Of a stretch of DNA of 64,000 nt, positions 50,401 through 64,000 are shown piece by piece. The notes below the pieces were generated by a model that saw only the letters and a program-made list of their open reading frames with translations, was not told where the DNA came from and ran no database searches. The position numbers were made by a program, and so were the translations under genes. This stretch comes from Paraspadella gotoi (lineage: Eukaryota; Animalia; Chaetognatha): positions 18,462,631 through 18,526,630 of the forward strand of contig CM119265.1 in NCBI GenBank assembly GCA_051294375.1, given 5' to 3'. Every line of letters begins with the position of its first letter. The stretch's first letter is position 1.

Positions 50401-50517
50401 AACTTCCAGCGCTGACTTAAAGGGCAGGTCGCAAAAGCCGGGAATCTCTTGGACGATCTTTTCCGGGCTAATCCGCCAACCGTCGGCTTTAAGCCGGTTC
50501 AGTACTTCACCCGACAT
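47440..50517 (-). CDS. TDRD3: TDRD3 paralog A (OB-fold, Tudor, RGG tail)
   Basis: MSGEVLNRLKADGW; [30 protein letters not shown]; HTPPGTKV; EGGPPPWVAFGKK; [11 protein letters not shown]; Tudor GDTLLAKYWADGEYYVAVV...AVVSFLDYGNVERV; RGG-rich C-terminus. Confidence 0.93.
49380..49857. repeat. 22-23-bp minisatellite in TDRD3-A intron
   Basis: About 20 head-to-tail units, changing from tgatgcgatgataaccaaattat (23 bp) to tgatgcgatgataatcattcat (22 bp). No unique spacers. Confidence 0.95.
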
Positions 50518-51440
50518 GGTGCAAAATTATCGCTTATTTAGTTTATAAATAGCTAATAAGACTTCATTTCTATATGTATCTCTATCGAGAAGAAAAAAGT
50601 AAATGAAAATACTCGGGGCCAAAACAAATGCCAGAAAAAAATTGCGGACAAATTATATAATTTAATTAAACGAAAGTAAAGAATTAAAAAAAAATCGCGG
50701 CATTGTTCAAGGACTTGCGTTGCGAGAAATGGCCAAGTATTTAAGCTACATAAATGCATCTTTTTAAAATTTTGCCTTATGCGATTAACGGGCCAAAATA
50801 CTTCCGCAGCAACTAAAAAAAAATAAGATTCTCTCATTCTCAATTGTTCTTGATCTAATAAAGGAAGATCGCCGATTAAAAACGTAATAACATCTGAGAG
50901 AAAAATATGTACAATTGTAGGGGAGGGAAAAAAATTCATGCAAGATAATTCAAAATAGCACGGAAACAACTATGACAAAATGATATAACGAAAATTCACT
51001 ATTTTCACGCACAGGTAAAATTAAATAATGAAGATGAATATCAAGCGATCACTACGGATACTTGCGAGGGGAAATTGATGGATAAGATCTAAAGCGTGAT
51101 GGAGCAAGAATCTAGGATCTGCTAACATTAAAATGGTTAAAAAATTGAGTAAAGAAGTATTTCTCCTAGCATAATAAATATAATTGATAAACTTGAATCT
51201 GTTATGGGATAGTTCAAAATAAAAACCTGGAATATGCTAATTGAACGAAAATTTTGTCAATCTATTTTTAAATATAAACAATATAATTAACTGCTGAGTT
51301 AGTAAGTGTCTAGTTTTTAATTCGAAAGAGTTTGCATTTAGATACAATGATAATGACACATAATTAATATCTTAAATATGCAGTAAGTTGTATGATGCCG
51401 GATATAAATAAAATATTCACATAAACACAGGAAGGGAATG

Positions 51441-54400
51441 TCAAACGATAGAGCAATGGCCTTTGGACTTGCAACCATCGCACCACCTCCATCGGTTCTT
51501 TGGCCACGAGGTTTTGCACGATTTGCCGCGAGTTTTCGAGATCTTTCCTCTCTTGATCTTGGCACGAACGTTTCCTTCGATCCCGTTTTTCTCTCTTTCC
51601 AGTTGCGAATCGATTGAAGCTATATCGTTCGGATTGTCCGAATTCTCCGAATGCTCCGTAGTAAGGGGAATATCTCCTCCGATTAAGCCGTCGTTGTCGT
51701 TGTCATCGATAGGGGCGACGATGTAAGGTGGATCGGCGACGAAGACGACGACTACGGACTTTTTTCTTTTGAGCAGTTGAGCCTTCGTTGACGGAAGATT
51801 ACAATCACGACACTCTGATAAAGCCGAGGTAGTTTCCTCGGATTCATGGCTTGTGGCCGATGGAAGAAGAGACTTTTTTCCTTCTGGCGTCAGCATGTAT
51901 CGAATCTCATCATCATCAGAAGATTCTTCTTCCTTTTCAAGATCCAAGTGGTCGCCGACCGAAACGTTTTCTCTCCCGACACATTTTTTCTTCAACGTGC
52001 ATTCCCGACACCAAAGCCACCGACGAGATAAACCGTATTTTTGACGGCAACTGTGCCCTACTTCATTTTCAGACAAATAGTAAACAACTGACTCTTCGTA
52101 ATTCGGATTAAGGCGATACAATGGATCTTCTTCATCATCCAACACGTCGACTTCAATTGAGTTTGATTGTGTCCCGATTGAAGACTCTTTCTCGCTATAT
52201 TTTTTCAATTTCTTTTTCATCTCATCGACGACGATTAAAGGATCACCGAAAGTCTCGCGAGATTGCAAGGATGCTTCCGTCGTCACATCCGACGAACTTG
52301 CGGGCGTCTGGACCGACGTTTCCCACAAACGCCTCCTGGAGGAACGAAATGAGGCGGAATCGCTCCAAAATCGCCCGTTTAATCCAGAATCTATTTTAGG
52401 AGAGGTCAAAATTGCTCTTGATGAGGACAAGCTTCGAGTTTTAATCCTTTTAAAATTAGTCTTCGTCATTGATTCCGCTGATGTGGCTGCAGCTGGCGTC
52501 GCTGGAGCAAGAGTCGATGAGGCATCAAACGGTAACGCTATGCGAAAGGTGCGTTTCTTCTTTAACGGTTCAAAATAGGAGTTTGAGGATAATGTTCTCT
52601 GACGCCTTCCGCTCTCAAGATTCCAAAATTTTCCGTTCAAGCCAGAAATGGAAGCGATTGATGTCGAGACGGGATTTTGTTTAGCGGATTTTCTTCGGTG
52701 CTCCATTTCGTTGGACAGGAGAGAATTTTTAATCGGTCGATTATGGACGCCACCGTCGCTGAGATGGCGCCGCTTTGGTTTAAAGTGTTTTCGGCGGGGA
52801 ACTGAAGATGAACGACGTCGTTGTCTCTCGGGACGATGAATATCGGGAATCCCGGATACGCTGAAGGAGACGTGAGCGCCTTTTCGAGTAGAGTGAGGCC
52901 TCTCCACCTTGCTGGAGAAAAGAGGTGACTCTAATGCTTGGTTGTTTTCGACGTGGGGAGTCAATGAAGACGATGGAAAATTCGGATCGTTCGGGGTTTT
53001 GACGCGATGGCTCGACCGACGTCTCTTAGATTCGGCGCGCCAAAACCCACCGTTGAGTCCAAGGTCATTTATCAACGATGCGCGCCTTTTCTTCGCTCTC
53101 TCTGCTTTTTTCGCTGCTTCCGCTCTCTTTCGCTCGATAGCGTTCACCCGCTTGCTTGGAAGGCCGGGACGGTTTCCCTCGCCTTGCCAGAACTCGCCGT
53201 TAAGTCCGGTCGAGGAGGCCCTGGCCAGTTTTTTCATGAGGATAGACCGCTTACAAGACTTGAATCGCGTCCGAGATGGAGAAAGCGGTTGAGTCAGACA
53301 ACCTTCGATTCCATCCGCCGAAGTCGAAACGTGAGCAGTTGGAATCTCCTCAAAGACATTTTCGCTCTCTTGATGTAGACTCGAAGATTCTTTAACTATG
53401 AGTTTCGACAGGGAGATACTGTCTTGGCATCCAGGGCACCTAGAACAAGGGATGATTTTTTTTTCAAAATATAAATAATAATAAAAATAATATTGAAATG
53501 TAATTTTCCCTTACCTTCTGCAATACGTGCCGACTATGTTCCTTGATCGCCTAGATCGGATGGCAATTCTCTTTAGACTCAGATAGATTCTAAACTGCTC
53601 TGCACGTTTGACGCTGTTTCGTTTCATTTCAATCAGTCGCCTCTTTCCGAGCGATTTAGAGGATCTGCATCTACTTTTTGGCCGGCATGACTTGAGTTGG
53701 CGAGAATTGTTCGAACCGGAGGGAGGAGGCTTTCGCGAGGGCGAGCCGCCGGAGGTACGTCTAGAAGGCGACGGAGGTCCGCCGATCGGATCCGTGGCGG
53801 CCAGGGCGATCATTTTCGATTCGCACTTAAGTCTGTCTCTTTCCGAGTTTTTGCGTAATTCCCTTCCTTCGACTGGAGCGGGCGCGAGCTTCGCCTCTTC
53901 AGTCTTCTTCGAATTTTCCAGGATCTCACGTTGCCCATGTTCTTCCTCTTCATGGGTTCTAAGTTGACGGCGATAGTAAAACTTCTTCCCGCAAGTCAAA
54001 CATGCGTAAAGATGGCAATCGGTATGAAACAGCGATCGGTGGTAGTTGAGTTCGCTGAAGCGGAGAAATTCCTTGTCACAGCGGTCGCATTGGTATTTTC
54101 CAGAGAGGTTGCGAAAGAGGTGCGATCTACGGGAAAGAGGAGATTCGGCCTCGTCGGCGTCATGTGTCGACGATGTGGGCGAGGATAACTCGAGCGGGAG
54201 AACGGCGGGAACGCGGTCGAGCGTCGCGGGGTGAGGTGGCAGTGGGAGAGGCGATGGCGGGGGAATTGTCGGAGATTTGGCAACGGCCGCGGAAGGATTG
54301 TTCATCGATTTGACGTCGCAGGTGATTGAGACACTCGCCGTTGAATCGACTTCAGCTGACTCCGAGTTGCGCAAATGATGACGATGACCGGAGTTTCTTT

Positions 54401-57400
54401 TCGCCGGCGTTCGACGAACCGGCGGGGGAGACAAGCGAATGGGTGATTTTCGGCGCTTCTTCGAATCCCTGATTACAAACGAAACCACAGTGAGTTTGAC
54501 CATGCGATTAAAAAATCATAAACGTCTAAGATTCGCTAATTTTATTACCGATTTATTTTGGGATTGGAAATATTTTCCTCTTTGAACTTAAAAGATTTGG
54601 ACAAAGCTGTCTTCAATAATTTGGAACTTGCGTGTTTGAAAGGACTGAAAAAGTAAATATTGCATAGTAACTTGTAACATTTTATATCTAATAATCTATA
54701 AGGAATATTCAGATTTATTCTCCTCATTCCTTGCCTACCTTTCGAAAGTGACTGTATACTCTGGATCAGGACAGAACGAAATGAAAATTCTGCGACGTTC
54801 TCTCTCGTGCGATTTGGCGCTACCACGACGACGAGGAATGAAACTGGCTCTTTCTTTGGCTCGTTCGTCTCTTCTCCCTCCTCCGCCGCCACAGACGCGT
54901 AGGATCCCGTCGCGATCGACGACAGGATATTCCACGGAATCGTCAAAGGAAGGGGCGTCCACGCAGGATGCGCGGGCCTCGGTATCGGAGAAAGCGTGGC
55001 TGTCAGAGTGCGCGTTGGACACCGCGTTCAGACCAGCGATTACTTCGACCATATCGAGTGATCCGGAAGATGGGGAAGGGACCTTGAAGAGAAAGAGTGT
55101 CAGTCTGTCAGATAATTTGTTTCGTAGAAAAACTTAAGAAAGATCGACGATTCGCATACCGAATTAGGCGTCGGGGGAATTTCCATGTCACTAGCTTCAT
55201 CCGAGTCGTATCCGGCTGCGCCGTGTCGAGGGACGATGATGAGGTACGGCTGCACAACGTTGTCGGCATTGTTGTTGCGAGAGGCAGGGACAACGACTTC
55301 CTGGGGAGCGCCTCTTGATTCGGCGATAGAGATGGTGACCGGGGTGGTGACGGGAAGGGATCGTGTGGGCGCTGTGGATGGAAGGGCCTGCTTCGTCAGC
55401 GTCGCATCCGGTTCAGGGTCGGGGGTGATGGGCGAGGAGAGGGGCTCATTTTCAGTACCCGAAGCGATTTGTTTAGGACCACCGGTCAACGTTTGAGGTT
55501 CTGAAAAAAAAAATATCACATTTTAATACATTTTCAACTGTGCTTATACAGTCAAATTATTAATCAAATAAAATGTACACGTAAATACATAGTCTCACAT
55601 TAGTCACGCATTCAATAAAAGTACCTTCTTTGGATTCCGTTGAATCTACTCCTTCTCCCTCCGCTTTGAGATCTCTCGGAAAATTTAAAAGGCATCGTTT
55701 ACGTTTGCAGCAGTTCTCACACCACTTTTCCCTTTCTCGAGGACCGTAGTAAGAACGACACTTGCGCCCCTCCACGACAGCCAACAAAACATCCGTAGAA
55801 AGGTGGCGTTTCCTGGCGCTCTTTCGCGGCGCGCCGACTGTTCCGCCAGAGCAATCCGAAGAAGCTCCGGAGATTAGGACATTCGATTCGATTGATGATT
55901 TCGATTCGGCCTCGGAAACGACCGGATTCGGATCAGATGACTCGGACACTTCCTCGTTTTCATTAAGCCCCTTTGAATCAATCAAATTCGTCGCCGAATC
56001 TAATGTCGCGTCCGGTTTAGGAAGCGTCGCGACGGAGGAAGTCGAACTCAAACTATTCATGGAAGAATGACAAACAAGAGCTTTCTCAGAAGTCGAAGTT
56101 GTCGGTGGCGGAAGAGAACAGAGTATTTGAATTTCCTCGTGGACAGCATTTGAGGACCCGCTAGGCGAAAGCAGGGGCTTGGCCTTTCTCTTATTGGCCC
56201 GAGCCACGGCATCGGCGAAGGCATTCGCTCTCGGGCCCCTGGGCGTGGAGGTTATGGAAGAAGAAGCCGTCGAAGGCGACCCTGGCACAGGAGCAGACCC
56301 ATTGAGGCTCGGAGAAGATTGGGGTTCGAGGATGTGATGGTCGGAGGAGGGAATAGGGGATGCTTCGGGAGAAATAGGCGGCGAAGATCGAGGGACGGGG
56401 GCTTGATTAGGTTCGTTAGAACCGGCACATGCCGTTGAAGGCTTTGGCGTGGAAGTTGAAGATGACGATGAGGTTTTGACAGATTGAGTTGTGTTGGAAG
56501 AGAGCGTAGATGTGGGTGGGGAAACAGACATTAGGCCCACAGCAGCTGACTTGAGAACCGCTATGACAGACTCCAAACGAGATCCAGCGGGACCTGCTGT
56601 TCCCTGAGGAGTCTTGGGTGCATGGTTAGGTCGAGAAAGTGCTGGGGTTGGTAATGCGACAGGCGCGGCACTGCTCGATGGACTGACTCCATTCAACTCT
56701 TTCGGCGGAAGTGCCGGAGGGGCCTCCGAAACGATTTCGGCGACGTCGGCCTTGTAAGAATTATCGAAGTCGGCGTAATCCGACGGCTCGAACTTGAGTT
56801 TTTCGAAAGGTTTGACGCTGCAGACAAAATCGAGTTTTAGTCTAGAGGAGGGAGCGCTAGGATGCCGAGCCATATGAACAGAAAGCCCCTTGCTGAAATA
56901 AAATTGGCGCCCACAAAACTGGCATTGGTGTCTGCCGAATTCCTTGAGCGGCGATCTAGGTTTGGCGGGCGTTAAGTTAGTGCGCGCACCTGCCGGCGAT
57001 TGACGACGAACCGGGGACGGGGAATCGCAGCGGGGATTAAGATGCATCTCAACGTGCGTCTTAAATGAGAGATGCAGGAAGAAAGAAGCGCCGCAGTTAC
57101 GGCACACATACTTGCCCTCTTCGTCTTTGTACCCGTGAGCTGGGTCGACGCAGGAGCGCCGAACTTCGTTCATGGATGATGTCAGAGGCGTGGATTTTCG
57201 GACAAGCAGAGTCGGCGTGGACGATGACGGAGCGCCGGTGAGAATGTGGCACGAAACGTCATCGTCGATGCCATTGGCCGTGCATGCGGCGTTCGAGAGA
57301 CTAGATTGTTCGGCGGGAGTGACAGCGACCGCGGATAAACTGACACCCGGCGCCTCCGCCTCGGAGGCTAGATGATCGGGACACGAGTACGCCGTCGACG

Positions 57401-58463
57401 CACGAGTCTTGCCGTCCATGAGGATCTTGTGCACGCTTTTGAGATGGCGCTTGAGAGCTTTGTCGTGGAGGAATCTTTTGGTGCACAGTGAGCAAGCCAC
57501 CTGCTCCGCCGTCATATGGGCCCGTATTCGATGATCGTGTAAAGCCTTAGAGTGAAGGAACTTTACAGGGCACAATTCGCAAGCAAACTCAAAACCTCTG
57601 GCTGGCATCTGAGCCGCAGGAAACGTTGAAGCCGGAACGCCGTTCGTCCCGACTTTAAACGCCGACGCCGCGTGGACATTACGAAGTCCGTTGGCGTCGA
57701 TACGAGTCGTCGAATCGGCAGAGGAAACTCCCTCGTTCATAGTGGCCCATCCCGTGGCCGAATTGAGAACGCCATTGCTGTACACCAAAGGCGCCTTGCG
57801 AATCGCGGGCCGTTGATGCGCCGGAGCACGGGGTAAAGGACCGCGAGGGAGCAGGAGCCGGTCGGTAGAGGACGAAAGAGAAATCGGAGCCGAAGGACGA
57901 TGATCCATGCTGGAGGAGAATTTGGTGCATCTCTTCTTCTTGCAGCATGCCTTGCACCATAAATGCTTCAAACGGGGACCAAAGCGTCGACGACATCGCC
58001 AAAGAATGGGGCCCACCGTCGCGGAGGTCGACAGGTTCCTCGAATCGTTGGAACGAGACGAGGCATTCTCGAATCGAGAACCTGGAATCCGACAATATGT
58101 AATTATTAACTAGTAATTGCTATATAAAAGAAAAAAGTAAAGCAACAAATTAAAAAAGGCTGGAAAGCTTTCTAAAACAGAGAGAATTAGAGTACTAAGC
58201 CTTGAGAAATTTATTTGATCCAAAAACCGAAACGAGAGCGAAATCTCACCAAGATTATTAACCGATATGACGGTCTCCCTCACGTCCGAAATGATAACCC
58301 TGTCGTCCAAATCTGTCCCTGATTGAAGTGTAGAGACGGTGGGAGTGGCAAAATGGGGCGCGTCTCCGCGTTCTCGTTTGACGATGACGTGATTAAGACG
58401 CGTAGGACCGGAAGTCGAGGGGGGGCTGACGATAGGGTGACTAGTGGCGGCCATTTCGCTCAT
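51441..58463 (-). CDS. ~2100-aa zinc-finger protein with 6 C2H2 fingers and 4 C-clamp-like Cys4 motifs
   Basis: Six phase-compatible GT-AG exons: 58463-58250, 58081-55625, 55500-55160, ~55082-54739, ~54469-53516, ~53440-51441. C2H2 fingers include FACELCPVKFLHSKALHDHRIRAH and YQCDRCDKEFLRFSELNYHRSLFH. C-x12-C-x2-C-x5-C motifs are present. Confidence 0.88.
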
Positions 58464-58839
58464 GGCTCGAAAAGCGCCAGTGGGCGTGGCCGATAGTGAT
58501 CAACGCATTGTCGTTTTCCATCGAAAGCGCTTTCACGATAGCATCTGGAAAAAAAAATGAAAAACTTTAACTTCCAAAGATCGTTTAAACTTTTTCATGA
58601 ATATATTGTTTTTGATATATGTGAGATTAAATTGAGTTAAAGTCGGTTCGAATAATAAAAAATAAAACAAAGGTTTATAGTAGACACCATATAAATTGAA
58701 GGCATTAAATAGATCCTTGTCGCTCTGTCTCATAGTTTGTATGGGTAAAAAGAAAATTTGACTGACATCTGAATTAACAATTTAGATCAAATCCGAATTT
58801 AATGTGATTAAAGTGTTGATTGTAAAAATGTCTTCTATC

Positions 58840-58935
58840 AACGGTCGCCATTTTGCACCGATGCAGTGGAGAGCTCTCAAGCGCCATTAAGGAAGGGGAA
58901 AACACATGCTGGTCACGTGATGCATCCGGAGACTC
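58840..58935. promoter_or_regulatory. Putative bidirectional promoter between the zinc-finger gene and DHFR
   Basis: GC-richer island in an AT-rich divergent spacer, with a YY1-type CGCCATTTT (~58846), GCGCCATT (~58881) and an E-box GGTCACGTGA (58911-58920). Confidence 0.5.
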
Positions 58936-59319
58936 GCTTTAAAACTATTTTCAAATACGAATTTTGTCAAATACTCATGGTTAAATTCTTAATTTTTCGA
59001 TATAGTAATTGTCGAAAAACGTGTTGTAATAATGAAGAAATCGTGTTCAGATAATTAAAACCAAATTAATATCACATTGATAAATATGACATTGATTAAA
59101 AATTAAATCTAAAATTTTACAATAATCGTTGGATAATTTTTTTTAATGTCAAGAATTGCTTTATTCTGCCGATGAAATTTTACATTAATGCCTTTCGTAG
59201 CGTTGACCTTTTGTTTCTTAATTCTCAAAAAATCAGTTTATTTCATCGCGATTCGCAACGCGAAGAACGACTTTTTCTCACCAAAAATACCAAAATTTCT
59301 GGGTGAAAGTGATAATTTC

Positions 59320-60115
<796 letters not shown>

Positions 60116-61521
60116 CCAATAGCCATTGTAAAATTGACTTAAATGTCACAATCATCTAACTTTCTAAGCACTGTTAGTGAATACTCTTTCCAAGATGCTT
60201 ACTACATATTTCCTGTTTCAATCTTAATGAACTTTGGCTTTGGCTCAGAGTCAACTGTGTCCAATGTCGTTTTGAAACTAAATGTTGACCTCAGTGATCG
60301 TTAAGTATTGGTAAATTTTTTTCTTCTAAAGCAAAAATTCTTTTTAAAATTTTTTTTTTAATCATTTAAACTAATTAAGGAATTGATGAAAAACATAAAA
60401 CATATTTAGCAAATTTAGACAGAGCAAAATAACAACGATCTTTTTTAAACAAAAAGCGTTAAAAAATAAGATTGACAAATACTATTGTGCAGATTTAATA
60501 CTGAACAATAAACTTAAAATAAACGGCGAAAATGATAACTACGCAGTAAGCAATCAGCTGTTTTCCTTGTTTTTTCATGGAAAGCAGAAAACTAATAATT
60601 AGTAGGATTGTGAGATCAAATTTGAAAAGTAAACTTATAAAAAGGATCTTTGAAATAAATCGAGCTTTCTCCCAAAAGTCAATACATGACGCGAAATTAT
60701 ATGAAATACGAGGGATCATGCGATACAAAGGATTCAATAAACCGGGAGTATGCTACTGATAATGATTATATTTAAATAAATACTCTTAATAAAAAATTAC
60801 TGCCTAACTTTATTATCCAATTGTACAACCATACAATTACGTGAATCGCGACAAACACAGTGCATTTTAATGTTACAAAAAAGCAAAACATTTTACATCA
60901 TCCGCATTTGTTCGTTCTAACATTGGTCTCAACTAGATTTTTTTTGGTTGTACTAATGTTTATGATAAAAAATAAATAAGCATCATATCAATAAAAGAGA
61001 GGTATACAATTTTATTTTTTCGGCTATGATCTTAAAAATACATTAAGACCTGTTTTGATTCAGGCACATTTATTTTTTAAAATCATTTCAAGGAACATAT
61101 AAATTTCCATTCACTAGTACCTGGTTTTACAGCGCTTCATTCAAAGTGAAGGATAATAAGTGTCATAAAAGGTTCCATGCCTTTGAAGGATCTTCCAAAA
61201 ATCATCATTTCACAATTGTTTTGGATTCAGAAAACCTAATTAGAAAAAAGAAAAGTTTTTTGGGAGGTTTAAATTACGATCAAGATTTTCTCTGATTGTA
61301 AAAATTTCCGAAAAAAATGTATTTAATTGAAACATTTTTTCTTAAATCAAAAACGTTTATTAAATGCACAATGGAACACAATTTTTTTCTAGTAAATAAA
61401 CATTAAACAAATCAAACAAGTAAAATTAAGCATTAAATATTAAACAAACTGAGCAAGTAAAATAGCGAAAAAAGTGAAGATGAAAAAGGAATTGTTTATC
61501 GAATCGTACCCTTGTCGGAGC

Positions 61522-64000
61522 TCAAGAATTGGGCAACGCCCAACAAACGGCTTGTTTGTCAGCACTTGTGGACACAAACGCCAGCTGTGTAGGGTGCCAC
61601 CGGGTTTGAATTATTTTGTCATCATGCTGACCTACCACGACGCTAGGAAGAGGTTGGGTCAGGTCACCTAGGCAAAAAAAAAATTTACAGATTCCTTAAG
61701 TATACACTTTATTAAATTGGTAAAACAAATATAAAATTATCCATTCATTTACGAAAGAACGAAATATCTTGCCCATGATTTGGATTTGGACAGAATACTT
61801 CAGTTAAGGACAGTTGTCTTCTGCAAACGGTTTGACTTTTGTTAGCAGTGTTGTTCTGAAGGGGGCACTATTAGTTTTACAACGAACGACAAATTTAAAG
61901 CGAAGAAAAGTTTTCATTACATTAGAATTTGGATATTAATAAATACACCTTAAAATAGAAGATAGAGATAATAATAGAAATAAAAATTCAGTATTAGTTT
62001 TAATTTCCTAACCTCGATTTATTTGTTTATCATATACAGGGACTTCAATCTGGTATGATACGAAAAAATATAATCGAAACAAAGAGCAATCAGGTAATAA
62101 AATTTTTTCATACTAATTAAAAAATATTTGATTTTTTTAAATTGTGTTTTTTCCTTTCTGTTTCATTGTGATTTGATTTAGAACAAAGTTTGAAGAGAGA
62201 TTTAACAACGATTTTTATTTCATAGTGAAACGGACATGTTTCGACTCGTATCTTTTTATGATTAATAAGATCCTGTAGCAAATATATAAAAAATATATAT
62301 TAAAAATAAAAATTTCAGTTTGGAAAAAAAAATCATAAAAGACGACTTTAATGATAATTAATAATAAATAAGCAAGGTTTTATATGAAATGTTTTTTTAC
62401 AATAACAAATCATTAAACTGACTTTTTATCACCAAATTTGTTTATTTTTATATCAGATAACTTTATAATCAGCCTTAAAAATTATTAAATTATTAAAAAC
62501 TTAATATTTGAACAAAAAAGAAAAGTAGCTGTGCGCTGGAGACCCACTGTTATTATACTATTGATTTTTGAACATAATAGTTTTCTAACTAATAAATGGT
62601 ATAAAAATAATATACAGTGAAAGAATTACAAGTTTAATCAAGTCTTTTTGTATCGCTCCAGCTTGAAGTCCCTGTAGAGGTTTTTACATTAGGAAACGGA
62701 AAATTTTATCCGAATGAACGACCTTTATTTTTTTTTAAAATATAACGTTCGTGACCAAATAGAATTTGTTAAGGGGAAATGTAAGATAATCGTCAAAAGA
62801 CAAAGGTTTAAAAACATCCAATTGGTTGAACAGGATTTGTCGAAATGAATGAAACCAGATAAAAGTTAACTTAATGCAAATAAATATTGACTTATGAGTC
62901 ACCAATGTAAATGGACGAACAAAAATAATGTCGGTAAAATTTTACTTTCGCCGACCGGGGTTTTGGCGTCTTATATTATTTAAAAATAATTATTTAAAAA
63001 AAAAAAAGATTATTACCCAAACCCTAAACCCTATTAACCCTATAGTATAGGCCTATACGGTAGGGCAGCAAGAATGTGAAAGAAACAAAAGTGCCATCTC
63101 TGAAACCTATATAATCTTAAGTATACCCATGAAACTTTTAATGTGGTAAGGCAACAAAGTTAAGGGTAACCGCACTCAATGGGGTGGTTCAAAAATTTAG
63201 AGCGAGTACATGCTCAGACGAAAATTCATACATTTTATACTTTCAATGGACAAAAAATTGTGTATATGGCTCTATACCCTAGTAATTATTTTTTTAATAT
63301 TTATTTATAGATAGGAAAGGCAAAAAAAAATTGAGATATTTTAAATTTTCAGATAGCTCATAAAAAGTTGTCTACACAAAGTATAATTCTTTTTTAAATA
63401 TTTTTATGATATGTAGGTTAAAAATGAGAAAAACACAAAAAAATAATAGTCATCATCTTTCGCTGATTTTATCATTTTTTTTATTTTCATTGAAAAAACA
63501 TAAGAATTTTTTAAAGCTGTAATTATATTTCTAGTTTAACTTTTTATGCTCTATCAGAACCCATCAAAAAATTTTAAGATTTCAATTTTTTTTTCTCTAT
63601 ATAGTAATATAATAATTTTAACTAAGCGAGTACCCTCAGAAGAAAGCATTTTTGATTAAAAATATTTTAATACTATATTTTATCAAAGCAATATTTTTTT
63701 AAATGCTAAAAATATTTAAGGAGTTTTAATGAATATACTTACAATTTGAATGTCTATATATCTATCATTATCTACAAAGCATAAACTTTAATTTAAGACC
63801 ATTACCAACTTTCTACGATTTTTCGTTATTAAATTATAAGAAAAATTATAATAAAAAAATTAATTAACACTTTCAAAGGGATTATTTATTAAAAATAAAG
63901 ATAAAAATATGTTCTCAAAATGCCCTAAACCACTCTTAATAATTGAGCATTTATGCATCGGCCAATACCCTTTGTCCTTACCATGAAGGTCAGTGAGAAT
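61522..64000 (-). CDS. WDR47: WD repeat-containing protein 47, 3' end (partial; absent from ORF track)
   Basis: The exon ending at 63982 (ILTDLHG|) splices to exon 61667-61522, [47 protein letters not shown]. This matches the WDR47 C-terminus TDLQGDLTKQLP...EHKDKVIQCRWH...SSADRT. Confidence 0.88.
63162..63637. mobile_element. Degenerate MITE/foldback element in WDR47 intron
   Basis: Short terminal inverted match agggta.cgc / gcgagtaccct, and a long internal inverted repeat (63307-63388 versus 63521-63602). Confidence 0.55.

Overview
Eukaryotic DNA from a compact, intron-rich invertebrate (metazoan) genome. Introns are mostly 50-100 nt, spacers are AT-rich, (GA)n microsatellites are common, and there is a 10-N gap at 15489-15498. 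The species cannot be named from the sequence. From about 58.5 kb down to 4.4 kb, 14 consecutive genes lie on the minus strand: a ~2100-aa C2H2 zinc-finger protein with four C-clamp-like motifs, two tandem TDRD3 paralogs, ACAT2, SMPD3, a GH27 alpha-NAGA/galactosidase with a C-terminal TM helix, an SLC3A heavy chain, RNF8, TRAPPC10, intronless calcineurin A, intronless POLG2, MICOS13 (only partly visible in the ORF track), RNF7/RBX2 and an uncharacterised SH3 gene. Many spacers are only 60-400 nt and contain an apparently unpaired 3' splice acceptor just before the ATG, which suggests a polycistronic operon resolved by trans-splicing (inference). DHFR (+) is divergent from this run, and the 3' end of WDR47 (-) closes the window. 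Introns carry hAT-type MITEs with 8-bp TSDs, other inverted-repeat elements, a DINE-1/Helentron-like repeat and a minisatellite. Gene identities come from recalled family motifs, not database searches; exon boundaries were read by eye.
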